64,000 bases of DNA from Myxococcota bacterium (GCA_036802685.1 DAIRVS010000006.1:1073-65072); one strand, 5' to 3'; positions 1-10,447 are shown, numbered from the stretch's first letter. Numbers and translations are program-made. The notes: generated by a model not told the origin, from the letters alone.

Positions 1-53
1 GACTGTTTCTTCTTCGAGGTCGTCATGACGGGCGGGATCCGGCGGGGGACGGG

Positions 54-1265
54 CTAGTAGATGCGGTCAACGCGGCCCTGCACTTCCTTGAAGGTGGGGC
101 GGGCGGGCTCGACGCTGCGGCCGAAGCAGATGCCCATGTTCTCGAAGAAGCGGCACTCCTCGAGGTCGACGAAGCGCTGCTTGATCAACTCGGTGGTCTT
201 CTGGAAGCGGACCTCGGTGCCCTTGACCTCGACCACGGAGACGCCGGAGTAGCCGGCCAGCAGCAGCTCCATCGCGGCCACGCCGATCTCGGCGCCGAAG
301 TTGACGTCGTAGGCGGAGGATCCGCCGGAGCGGACCAGATGCGACGGCTGGATCATGCGGATCTCGGGCATCTCGTAGAGCTTCTCGACGAACATGCCGG
401 TCTGGCGCATGTTGTTGCGGACGGCGGAGTCCTTCTCCATGCGCTTCTTCAGTTCCTGCACGACGTACTTGCCCGCGCCCGAGAGCTTCTTGTGGCCGAA
501 CGAGTCCACGCCGGCGGTGTCGTCGGTGAGCTCGGCGCCCGAGGAGTCGCGGATGCCCTCGGCCACCACGATGGAGTAGGTCCCCGCGTTGACGTCGCTC
601 TCGAGGATGCGGCGCCAGTAGACGGTCCGCAGGTGGTCGTACAGCACGTCGAAGTTCACCGGGATCTCCGGGATCAGGATGGCGTCGGCGCCGCCGGCGA
701 TGCCGCCGCGGAAGGCCGTGTGACCGGCGTAGCGGCCGAACACCTCGATGACCATGATGCGGTTGTGGGTGCGCCCGGTGGTCTTGAGGTCCTGGGTGAT
801 CTCGGAGATGCGGTTGATCGTGGAGTCGCCGCCCACCGAGTAGGAGTTCAGATCCAGGTCCATGGTCTTGGGCGCGTGGATGCAGCGGATGCCGTTGGAG
901 GCGAGGTCCACCAGGACCGAGCCGGTGTCGTCGCCGCCGGAGATGATCAGGCCGTCTATCTCATGCTTGGCCAGACCCTCCTTGATGCGGTTGTACTTGT
1001 TCTCGTCCTTGATCGACGAGATCTTGACGCGGGAGTGGCCCGCCTCGGAGCCGGCCACCGACACGTTGACGTTGTCCAGGCGGCGCGGGGTGAGCTCGGT
1101 GAGGTGATCGAACTCGATCAGGTTGTAGAGGCCGGCATAGCCGTTCGGGATGACCAGGGTCTTGATGCCGTGGGCCAGCGCGGTCAGGCTCACGCCCTTG
1201 ACCACCGCGTTCAGGCCGGCGCAGTCGCCGCCGGAGGTGATGATGCCGATGTTGCGCATTTCCAT
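54..1265 (-). CDS. pfk: 6-phosphofructokinase (about 404 aa). The GGDDT variant of the GGDGS motif suggests the PPi-dependent type
   Basis: The minus-frame translation MEMRNIGIITSGGDCAGLNAV...GGDDTG...PKTMDLDL is PFK family. The start was set at the Met (MEMRN) inside the longer ORF 54..1985, whose upstream part is GC-rich out-of-context read-through. Confidence 0.85.
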   Translation of the reverse strand: MEMRNIGIITSGGDCAGLNAVVKGVSLTALAHGIKTLVIPNGYAGLYNLIEFDHLTELTPRRLDNVNVSVAGSEAGHSRVKISSIKDENKYNRIKEGLAKHEIDGLIISGGDDTGSVLVDLASNGIRCIHAPKTMDLDLNSYSVGGDSTINRISEITQDLKTTGRTHNRIMVIEVFGRYAGHTAFRGGIAGGADAILIPEIPVNFDVLYDHLRTVYWRRILESDVNAGTYSIVVAEGIRDSSGAELTDDTAGVDSFGHKKLSGAGKYVVQELKKRMEKDSAVRNNMRQTGMFVEKLYEMPEIRMIQPSHLVRSGGSSAYDVNFGAEIGVAAMELLLAGYSGVSVVEVKGTEVRFQKTTELIKQRFVDLEECRFFENMGICFGRSVEPARPTFKEVQGRVDRIY

Positions 1266-1324
1266 GGTGAAGCACTCCTTTCGGGTTCGTTTCGGACAGG
1301 ATTTTCCCTGCGAAAGCGGGGGAT

Positions 1325-2653
1325 TTATAGCACTTCCGCAGGGGAAGAAGAAGGAAAAAGTCCGGCGGGTTCGATCCCCTCGAACTCGAGGTACAGGGCG
1401 GCCTTGAGCAGGGTGTTGGCGGTGTGGTGGGTGACGTCGGCGCGCAGCGTGCGGCTGTCCGGGGAGAGGGGCCAGGCGCCCTCGACCAGGATCGGGTCCA
1501 CGGCGCCCCGGGTGTCGCCCACGCGCAACTGGAGCTTCTGCAGCGCGTACACGGCGAACCGCACGCTCTCGCGGTAGCGGGCCAGGCGGTCCTGGTCCCC
1601 GGTCAGGCGGGCCAGGGCGACCGCGTCGGCCACGCCCTCGAGCCGCAGGGCGGTACGCCAGGTGGGGCCTTCTCCGGCCTCCTCGCAGATGTAATGGCCC
1701 AGCCGGTCCAGGTCGCCGGTGTTGTGGGGGAGATACTGCCGGGCGACGATGGCGTCGGTGATGCGGAACAGGTATTCCGGGATCCAGGCCAGCGGCCGGT
1801 GCGCGTACAGCCGGACCAGCGGATCCCCCACCCACAGGCTCATGAGATACCCCTCGTCGGTGGCCTCGTAGGAGCGCTCGGGGTGCTGGTAGAGCCAGTA
1901 TCCGGTGGCCTCCATGGCGTCGAGGTACCGCGCGTCCCCCGTATAATCGAAGAGACGCCCCAGGGCCTGCAGGCTCTGCCCCCACTGCAGCGACCCCCCG
2001 CGCGTGAAGACGCCACCCTCGGCGATGCTGTCGAGCAGGTACTGCCCCAGGCGGTCGATCAGTGCGTCCCGGGAGATGTCCCCCAGGTGCTTCGCGTGGG
2101 AGGTGAGCGAGAGCAGCACCAGCGCGGTGCCACCCAGATCGGTGAGCACGGCCGAGTCACCCAGTTCGGTCACCTGGGAGGTGAGCCAGCGCAGGGCCCA
2201 CTCGGTGGAGAGCGAGAACTCGGGACGACCGGTGAGCTCGGCGAGCATCGCCTGAGTGAACGCGCTGCCGCACTGACGGTGGATCTCGTCCTCGTCGGCC
2301 CAGAGCCCCGTCCGGTAGTCGTACTGGTAGCCGAAGCCGCCGTCCGGGCGCTGCACCTTGATCAGGTAATACCCGCCCAACGCGGCCGCGTACACGATGC
2401 CGTCCTCGCCGGTGTCCGAGCCCGCGAGCGCGAGCGGCGGCGTCAGGGCGTCGGCGGCCCTGGCCAAGGTGGCGTGCTGCGTCGGCCACTCGTAGCCCGG
2501 AACGCGGGAGGCGTCGTATACGCGCCAGGGCGGCTCCTCGAGCACGAAGTCGCCCAGGGTGTGCAGGTCCTCCGTGCAGGCGGGGAGCCCCAGCATCGGG
2601 AACAGCAGGAACGGCAGGAGGCGCCGGAACGTCTGGCGACGAATCATTTCCAC
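1325..2653 (-). CDS. putative lipoprotein of unknown function (signal peptide + LPAC lipobox)
   Basis: 442-aa ORF with N-terminus MIRRQTFRRLLPFLLFPMLGLPAC, high GC3 codon usage, and no recognisable catalytic motif. Confidence 0.6.
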   Translation of the reverse strand: MEMIRRQTFRRLLPFLLFPMLGLPACTEDLHTLGDFVLEEPPWRVYDASRVPGYEWPTQHATLARAADALTPPLALAGSDTGEDGIVYAAALGGYYLIKVQRPDGGFGYQYDYRTGLWADEDEIHRQCGSAFTQAMLAELTGRPEFSLSTEWALRWLTSQVTELGDSAVLTDLGGTALVLLSLTSHAKHLGDISRDALIDRLGQYLLDSIAEGGVFTRGGSLQWGQSLQALGRLFDYTGDARYLDAMEATGYWLYQHPERSYEATDEGYLMSLWVGDPLVRLYAHRPLAWIPEYLFRITDAIVARQYLPHNTGDLDRLGHYICEEAGEGPTWRTALRLEGVADAVALARLTGDQDRLARYRESVRFAVYALQKLQLRVGDTRGAVDPILVEGAWPLSPDSRTLRADVTHHTANTLLKAALYLEFEGIEPAGLFPSSSPAEVL

Positions 2654-2967
2654 GCGACACCCCCGAGGTAGCCGGTGACGCTGTCGGCGTTGCCGTTGCC
2701 GGCGTAACTGTCGGACTCGGCGACGATCTCCATGGTCTCATGCCCCAGGGCGCGCAGGGTGGCCATCATGACGGCGGTGGGGATCTCGCCGCACATGGTG
2801 ATGGACCCGTCCGTGATGTAGTCGTGCAGCCCCTCCACGTCCAGCCGGTGGACGTAGTCCGCCAGCGCCGCGTCCTGCTCCCGGGCCACGTCCAAAAGCT
2901 CCCGGTGGACCAGGTCCGTCGTGGTGAGCAGCAGCACGCCCTGACCCGGTACCCCGGGATCAGCCAC
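2644..2967 (-). pseudogene. Memo-family (AmmeMemoRadiSam system protein B-like) C-terminal fragment with high-GC3 codon bias; its N-terminal part is out of frame or missing
   Basis: Translation ...LLLTTTDLVHRELLDVAREQDAALADYVHRLDVEGLHDYITDGSITMCGEIPTAVMMATLRALGHE...SDSYAGNGNADSVTGYLGGVAW matches the Memo C-terminus (SSDLSHW-like, ICG..P and SSVSYAAGAL-like motifs). Upstream in-frame sequence is not Memo-like. A diverged Memo N-terminal remnant (MQFSGAIAAEVLARVEEPDVVNVLASDTDMLG) lies in a different frame at about 3000-3100. Confidence 0.55.
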
Positions 2968-2990
2968 GGGCCCTGCCCCCAGACCGCCAT
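2866..2990. repeat. left copy of an imperfect ~120-bp direct repeat of Memo-gene coding sequence (right copy 6206..6323)
   Basis: Aligning the two stretches by eye gives about 90% identity with no indels and a 43-bp perfect core ccctgacccggtaccccgggatcagccacgggccctgccccca. Nine of ten mismatches are synonymous in one minus-strand frame. Confidence 0.8.
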
Positions 2991-3371
2991 GGGGCCCCCA
3001 GCATGTCAGTGTCCGACGCCAGAACGTTCACGACATCGGGCTCCTCGACTCGCGCGAGCACCTCGGCTGCAATAGCGCCCGAGAACTGCATGCTCGCATT
3101 GGGTGGAGAAAAGTATTTTCCTCCTTGACATCCAGTCAGGGACGAGTATCTTTTTTATTGGTGACCCACAGTGAGCGAAAAAGCATTTTTTCCAGATTTA
3201 TTTGTATATGTTGATGTTCTAACTTTCAACAGCATCGAACAACTTATTTTCTCCAAGACCCGCATATCTTGCTCCCCATTAGTCCGACCCCACTTTTCTC
3301 TGCCATGTTTTGAGGCAATTATGCTTCAATTACATTTTTTGTTTTTTTCCTGAAGGATGACGGTGTAAAAA

Positions 3372-4766
3372 ATGTTGAAAAACACAGGTTTTCTTTTCGT
3401 TCTGCCGTTGCTTCTTTTTGCAAATAATGCTTATGCTGCTTACCATACGGTTTATGGCAAGGTAACTTATATGGAGAAAAGATACAATGGTGGTGGCGAA
3501 TACAACAAAAATTCTAATTATAATAACAACCAACCACTAGTTGGAATTAAAGTGAAGTTATGGGACATGGATGGTAATTGTGTAGATTTTCTGAATAGTT
3601 GTAATGAAACTGATGATGATCTTCTTTCCGAAACAACTACAAACAGTAGTGGTTTTTATTATTTCTACAATATTGGGAACCTTGAAGATATCTACATAAC
3701 AACAAATCTCGAGACCGCTTATTCTAACGTCATGATTAATTCAACAACTGAACTTGTTATTGCATCTCCGGTTAAAACAGATTTCGGAACCGGACAACCA
3801 ACCAATATAAGGTATGACTGGACAGTTAGTTGTTCAAATTATTGGTTATATCCCAATACTAGTTGCAATTCCACCGACGCACTTAACACTGTTTTAGATA
3901 GCTCTCAGACAGTTTCTAATTCGGAAGCTACAGCGTCTGCTAATGTCACAGCGACACAACTGCACGTCGAAGGAAAATTTAATAGTAGCATTTTTTCCTC
4001 TGATACAACCAATTTCTATATCCTCCCGAACAATCCTTCTTCTGCTGCTTGTATGTCCCATTGTTACGATGATGCAAACGGAGACGGTAACCCAGACGGC
4101 AACAATACCGCGTTGCCAAATGGTCAAGATATTTGTGTTTGCACGCCGTATACCAATCACCGTGTTGCACATGAGATCGGGCATTCAGTCATGATGAGAG
4201 CTCTAGGATATCCTGGTTCTTTGTCCACCTGTCTAAATGGTCACAGTTGGAGTCAAATAGACCAATATGAAAAATGCGCAGTTTCAGAGGGATGGGCAAA
4301 TTTTTTTGCTGCCGCGACCTTCTTCTCGGATACTGATACAAGTGCATACTATGTACTTGCTGTGAGAAACATGGAAGGTCTCATCGACTCTTATTATAAT
4401 AATGGCACCTTAAAGGTTTGCATGGATCGCGATACCAGCCCCATGGATGTTGAGGGGAATGTAAGTAGGTTTTTCTGGGATTTATATGACTCTACTTCAG
4501 TTGACGATACTTTCCCAGTTACAACTGGCGAAGGCGATAATCTAAATTTATCCATGGATCAATTGGTCGATATTTGGAGAGAATTTCCCTCTGGCACAGA
4601 TAATCTAGAAGCCAGTGAGTCTGGGTACGACGGAAGAAACATATGGGATTATTTCTACCACGCCAATGCTGGTTTTTCAATCAACGCCGGTGGCCCAATT
4701 TTATCAAATTGCCTTTGTTATCAGAATGGCAATTATGCAAATTGTGCCTATCTAAATGCATATTGA
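3372..4766 (+). CDS. secreted N/S/T-rich protein with an HExxH zinc-metalloprotease motif (HEIGHSVMM), in the low-GC island
   Basis: 464-aa ORF with signal peptide MLKNTGFLFVLPLLLFANNAYA, many Cys and N-x-S/T sites, and AT-rich codon usage unlike the host. Confidence 0.6.
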   Translation: MLKNTGFLFVLPLLLFANNAYAAYHTVYGKVTYMEKRYNGGGEYNKNSNYNNNQPLVGIKVKLWDMDGNCVDFLNSCNETDDDLLSETTTNSSGFYYFYNIGNLEDIYITTNLETAYSNVMINSTTELVIASPVKTDFGTGQPTNIRYDWTVSCSNYWLYPNTSCNSTDALNTVLDSSQTVSNSEATASANVTATQLHVEGKFNSSIFSSDTTNFYILPNNPSSAACMSHCYDDANGDGNPDGNNTALPNGQDICVCTPYTNHRVAHEIGHSVMMRALGYPGSLSTCLNGHSWSQIDQYEKCAVSEGWANFFAAATFFSDTDTSAYYVLAVRNMEGLIDSYYNNGTLKVCMDRDTSPMDVEGNVSRFFWDLYDSTSVDDTFPVTTGEGDNLNLSMDQLVDIWREFPSGTDNLEASESGYDGRNIWDYFYHANAGFSINAGGPILSNCLCYQNGNYANCAYLNAY

Positions 4767-4859
4767 ATTTTTCAATTGAAAAAGCAAGCCCATAGACTTC
4801 TCCGCACTGTGCCTATTATTCTATGTGTGGCCTCTCTTTTACTGCCCACCTTATGTTTC

Positions 4860-5447
4860 TCACTCCCCACACCCTCCCTCATCCAGGCTGTCATGATCTG
4901 GCGTGACCGCGACATCGTGATTGAATCCCGTACGACTTTGATAGAGAGCAAAAGAACGCAGCACGTCTGCAGCAAGAACAGGTGTCAACCGATCACCGCG
5001 TTGAATGTTCACCGTGAATCCTGTGCAGTTAGACGTGAGTTGGGCCTTGAATTCACTCGTGTTTGAACAGCACGGCGCAAGAACCTTTTCAGCATTTTCG
5101 CGCACATCCCTTGGTATTTGATGTTTATTATCTGAAAGTGCAGGGTGGACAAGTTTGTACCTTTTAACTTCGCTCTTGAATGTCCTCTCGAGCATCTCCG
5201 CGTGTTTCAACCATGCGGGGCTCAAAACCGAAGTGAGACGATTCATATTTTTAACAGGGAAATTCACCGTCCCGTCATCGGAGAGAACCGCAAGGTCCAA
5301 TATCGCCGCCCTGATCATGATAACTTCGGCAAAATGAACGTATGCGGATTTCCCGGTCTGGTGGTCCCACCACTTCAACTCATACGAGTGCCCTGGTTTC
5401 CGTGCAGGTTCTAGCTTCACCTCGCATATGGGCACGAGCCGGACCAA
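4860..5447 (-). CDS. hypothetical protein (island cargo)
   Basis: 195-aa ORF in the low-GC block. It is co-directional with, and 26 bp from, ORF 5474..6124, so the two may be one disrupted gene. Confidence 0.35.
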   Translation of the reverse strand: MVRLVPICEVKLEPARKPGHSYELKWWDHQTGKSAYVHFAEVIMIRAAILDLAVLSDDGTVNFPVKNMNRLTSVLSPAWLKHAEMLERTFKSEVKRYKLVHPALSDNKHQIPRDVRENAEKVLAPCCSNTSEFKAQLTSNCTGFTVNIQRGDRLTPVLAADVLRSFALYQSRTGFNHDVAVTPDHDSLDEGGCGE

Positions 5448-5473
5448 CTTTTTATCGCGCGACCGCTCTCCAT

Positions 5474-6124
5474 TTAACCGTACTGCAATATCACACGTTT
5501 GCGCCAGTAAAACGTAATACTTTTCCTTATCTGTACATTTAAATATTTAAATATGTCGCCCGCACTAAGCGGAAGGTGATGAAAACGAACGATCTCGGCA
5601 GGTAGGTACAACTCCGACCGCTGGTAGGAAAGCGCCTGCTTCCCAGCATCCTCGAGGCCATGTCGACCACCGCTGATCGGAACCATCGAAACCTTACGCG
5701 CTGCATCCACTAAGGAAATAAAATCCTCGTCGCCCCTAACTTTATCACGCATGGTACAAGTAGCGACGTGAGCCGCGATCCGAAGAAGCGTCTCACCCTC
5801 CCACACGCCTTCCTTCCGAGAGGACCCGAAAACTGTGCTATCGAAGTCGTAGACGTTCCATGCGGCCAGGGAATCGGCTGCTGCTTCGTGGGCCTGTTGT
5901 AAGTGTGCCCTCGCAGAATCTCGAACCTTCTTGATTGGAATTGAGAGGATGGCAAGTCGCAGAAGATGCAGGAATCCAGCGTAGTCAGGTGCCCTCGAGT
6001 TGAGACGAGCCTTGGCGATCACTATAAAGCCGTTCTGGTCGACGCCATGTTCTTGGGCCAATTCAGACCATCTGGTGAGTTCCGTTCCCTGGCTGACAGT
6101 TTGGGTCAGTAGCGCGCAGTACAC
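5474..6124 (-). CDS. hypothetical protein (island cargo)
   Basis: 216-aa ORF with intermediate GC and no recognisable motif. Confidence 0.35.
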   Translation of the reverse strand: MYCALLTQTVSQGTELTRWSELAQEHGVDQNGFIVIAKARLNSRAPDYAGFLHLLRLAILSIPIKKVRDSARAHLQQAHEAAADSLAAWNVYDFDSTVFGSSRKEGVWEGETLLRIAAHVATCTMRDKVRGDEDFISLVDAARKVSMVPISGGRHGLEDAGKQALSYQRSELYLPAEIVRFHHLPLSAGDIFKYLNVQIRKSITFYWRKRVILQYG

Positions 6125-6740
6125 TCCTTTCGACGGCGAGGGCCTCGTCCCTGGGGACGAACGCGAGCGGCTCGGTGGCGAAGTCCACTACGTAGGAAGT
6201 GGGCGAGCGCCGCGTCCTGTTCCCGGGCCACCTCGAGCAGCTCGCGGTGCACCAGGTCCGTCGTGGTGAGTAGCAGCACTCCCTGACCCGGTACCCCGGG
6301 ATCAGCCACGGGCCCTGCCCCCACACGGCGAACGGCTGGCCCTCGAGTTCGTGGTCCGAGGCCAGCACGACCACCACCTCGGGCACGGTGATCCGGGCGA
6401 ACACCTCGGCCTGCACCTCTCCGGAGTACCGCAGGCTGGCGTGGGGGGTGATCACGGCCGCGGCGTCCCGCCGCTCGCGCACCCCCGTGTCGCGCATGAG
6501 ACCCACGACGTTGCGGTACAGGTCCGCCGGATCCTCGGGGTAGAAGCTGCCCGCGTGCTGCCAGGGCCGCGCCCCCGGATCGTCCAGGCCGGGCTGGGGC
6601 CCCGAGAAGTCGGGGGTCTGGATGTCCTCCCAGCCCGTGGGGGCGGGATCCTCCTCGCACCCTGCGGTCAGGGCGGGCACACAGAGAAAGACGAAAACCA
6701 GGAAAGCACGAAAGACAAAGAATAACCGGGAGGACGGCAT
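6063..6740 (-). CDS. Memo-family (AmmeMemoRadiSam system protein B-like) lipoprotein. The N-terminal ~135 aa are intact; the 3' part changes frame inside the repeat, so this is a possible pseudogene or frameshifted gene
   Basis: MPSSRLFFVFRAFLVFVFLCVPALTAGC...WQHAGSFYPEDP...ITPHASLRYSG...VVVVLASDHE matches the Memo N-terminal half (HAGSWY and PHAGY.YSG motifs). The conserved downstream segment GVLLLTTTDLVHRELLEVAREQDAALA is in the -1 frame, and the central ~100 aa of canonical Memo are absent. Confidence 0.5.
   Translation of the reverse strand: MPSSRLFFVFRAFLVFVFLCVPALTAGCEEDPAPTGWEDIQTPDFSGPQPGLDDPGARPWQHAGSFYPEDPADLYRNVVGLMRDTGVRERRDAAAVITPHASLRYSGEVQAEVFARITVPEVVVVLASDHELEGQPFAVWGQGPWLIPGYRVRECCYSPRRTWCTASCSRWPGNRTRRSPTSYVVDFATEPLAFVPRDEALAVERSVLRATDPNCQPGNGTHQMV
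6206..6323. repeat. right copy of the imperfect direct repeat (partner 2866..2990)
   Basis: See the left copy at 2866..2990. Confidence 0.8.
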
Positions 6741-6834
6741 CGGGTGACCTCGCTCGGAAACAACCTTCCCTGAAACCCGTCTCATGTCAAGTCGCATGGC
6801 CCGGTTTCCCCTGAATGAGCCCCCCTCCATCTCC

Positions 6835-6864
6835 AAATCAAAATCGAAATCGAAATCGAAATTC
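6835..6864. repeat. hexanucleotide microsatellite (AAATCG)n, 5 units
   Basis: aaatca aaatcg aaatcg aaatcg aaattc, in the divergent promoter region between the Memo-like gene (minus strand) and the histidine kinase (plus strand). Confidence 0.9.
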
Positions 6865-6991
6865 CTCCCTCCCTTCCCAGATCCCTTCCACGAATCCCTT
6901 CCCCTTCCCGATCCAATGGATCGTCAAGATTCCTCATGACAAGCGCTCTGGAAAGGAGTATTTTCTTTTGGAAATCGGGAAATATTTTCTG

Positions 6992-8740
<1,749 letters not shown>

Positions 8741-8749
8741 ACTGCGTCC

Positions 8750-9679
8750 ATGATCCCCGAACGAACGCCCCCCCCCGCCACCTCCCCCGCGCCCGACGAG
8801 CGGGCCGCCCTGGCGACCCGCGCGACAGTGCTGGGCTCGGTCGTCAACTTCGCGCTCACGGGGTTCAAGTTGGCCGCCGGGCTCCTGGGCGGCTCCGCGG
8901 CCATGGTGGCCGACGCCATCCACAGCCTCTCGGACTTCGCCACCGACCTGGTGGTGCTCCTGACCATGCGCATCACGCGCCGGCCCACCGACGCCGACCA
9001 CGACTACGGCCACGGGAAGTTCGAGACCCTGGCGACCATGATCATCGGTGTGGCGCTGCTGCTGGTGGGCGCGGGCATCGGCTGGAGCGGGATCAAGACC
9101 ATCCACGGCGCCACCCACGGGGAACCCGTCCCGATGCCCCACCTGATCGCGCTGGTGGCCGCCGCGGTCTCCATCGTCGTCAAGGAGTGGCTCTATCGCT
9201 GGACGGTGGGCGTGGGCCGCCGGATCAACTCCTCCGCCGTCCTCGCCAACGCCTGGCACCATCGGTCCGACGCCCTCTCGTCCCTCGGGACCCTGGCCGG
9301 CATCGGCGGGGCCATCTTTCTCGGCCGGAGCTGGACCATCCTGGACCCCATCGCCTCGATCGTGGTCTCGTTCTTCATCCTGCGGGTGGCGCTGCAGATC
9401 TGCCACGGCAGCCTCAACGAAATGCTCGAGAGCGCGCTTCCCCCCGCGGACAAGGCGCGCATCCTCGAGCTGGCTCGCTCCGTCGAGGGCGTGGAGGATC
9501 CCCACAACCTGCGCACCCGGCGCCTGGGGAACAACATCGCCGCCGAGCTCCACGTCCGGGTGGACGCCGACCTGAGCGTGCGCGAGGGCCACCGCATCGC
9601 CTCGGAAGTGGAGCGGCGAATCCGCGCGGCCTTCGGGAACGACACGTTCGTGACCGTCCACGTCGAACCCCGGAAATAA
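8750..9679 (+). CDS. cation diffusion facilitator (CDF) family metal efflux transporter
   Basis: Translation with HSLSDFATD and HDYGHGKFE motifs, six predicted TM helices, and a C-terminal cytoplasmic domain. Confidence 0.8.
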   Translation: MIPERTPPPATSPAPDERAALATRATVLGSVVNFALTGFKLAAGLLGGSAAMVADAIHSLSDFATDLVVLLTMRITRRPTDADHDYGHGKFETLATMIIGVALLLVGAGIGWSGIKTIHGATHGEPVPMPHLIALVAAAVSIVVKEWLYRWTVGVGRRINSSAVLANAWHHRSDALSSLGTLAGIGGAIFLGRSWTILDPIASIVVSFFILRVALQICHGSLNEMLESALPPADKARILELARSVEGVEDPHNLRTRRLGNNIAAELHVRVDADLSVREGHRIASEVERRIRAAFGNDTFVTVHVEPRK

Positions 9680-9697
9680 CCCCCCCCTCCGGTATCC

Positions 9698-9733
9698 AGA
9701 TCGAAATCGAAATCGAAATCGAAATCGAAATCG
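9698..9733. repeat. hexanucleotide microsatellite (AAATCG)n, 6 units
   Basis: agatcg followed by (aaatcg)x5, in the convergent intergenic region between the CDF gene and mglA. Same unit and orientation as the repeat at 6835. Confidence 0.9.
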
Positions 9734-9783
9734 GGATTCTCCGCACTTCGCGGGATCATTCCGGCGACTTTGTCGCCTACAAC

Positions 9784-9807
9784 GGGACACCCTTTTGCGG
9801 GCGTCCC
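9784..9807. terminator. candidate bidirectional terminator hairpin between convergent genes
   Basis: gggacaccc-ttttgc-gggcgtccc is an inverted repeat (9-bp arms, one mismatch) followed by a T-containing tract; the CDF gene ends at 9679 and mglA at 9849. Confidence 0.35.
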
Positions 9808-9848
9808 TTGTTCCCATCGAAATCGTTTTTTCTTGACTTTTCGAGGGA

Positions 9849-10436
9849 CTACTTGCGCTTGCGCAGGTCCATCATGACGAGCTTGGCCACGGCCTTGAGG
9901 GTGCCGAAGACGCCGTCGCCGGTGGTGGCCACGGCGGAGAACTCGGGGACCTTGGTGGGGTTCAGGACCTTGCTCAACTCCTCCATGGGGGCGGCGTTGG
10001 GGAGGTCCTGCTTGTTGTACTGCACGACGTAGGGCAGCGCGTCGAGGTTGTAGCCCTGCTCCTCGAGGTTCTCGCGCAGGTTGTCCAGCGACTCCATGTT
10101 CGCCTCCATGCGCTCGACCTGGGAGTCAGCCACGAACACCACGCCGTCGACGCCCTTGAGGATCAACTTGCGGCTGGCGTCGTAGAACACCTGCCCGGGC
10201 ACGGTGTAGAGGTGGAAACGGGCCTTGAAGCCGTGGACGTCACCCATGCTCAACGGCAGGAAATCGAAGAACAGGGTGCGCTCGGTCTCGGTGGCCAGGC
10301 TCACCATCTTCCCGCGCGCGTCGGGGCTGGTCTTCTGATAGATGAACTGCAGGTTGGTGGTCTTGCCGCATAGGCCGGGGCCGTAGTAGACGATCTTGCA
10401 GTTGATTTCGCGGGAGGAATAATTAATGAATGACAT
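9849..10436 (-). CDS. mglA: mutual gliding-motility protein MglA (Ras-like GTPase)
   Basis: The 195-aa translation [30 protein letters not shown]...[29 protein letters not shown]...AVAKLV is near-identical in sequence and length to M. xanthus MglA. Confidence 0.95.
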   Translation of the reverse strand: MSFINYSSREINCKIVYYGPGLCGKTTNLQFIYQKTSPDARGKMVSLATETERTLFFDFLPLSMGDVHGFKARFHLYTVPGQVFYDASRKLILKGVDGVVFVADSQVERMEANMESLDNLRENLEEQGYNLDALPYVVQYNKQDLPNAAPMEELSKVLNPTKVPEFSAVATTGDGVFGTLKAVAKLVMMDLRKRK

Positions 10437-10447
10437 GCGCCCGGCCC

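Noticed and set aside
2766-2990. ORFs 2766..2990 and 6106..6660 (Trp/Arg-rich translations across the Memo repeat)
   Set aside because: They are alternate frames of the conserved Memo segment. The mismatches between repeat copies are non-synonymous in these frames, so the frames are not under selection.
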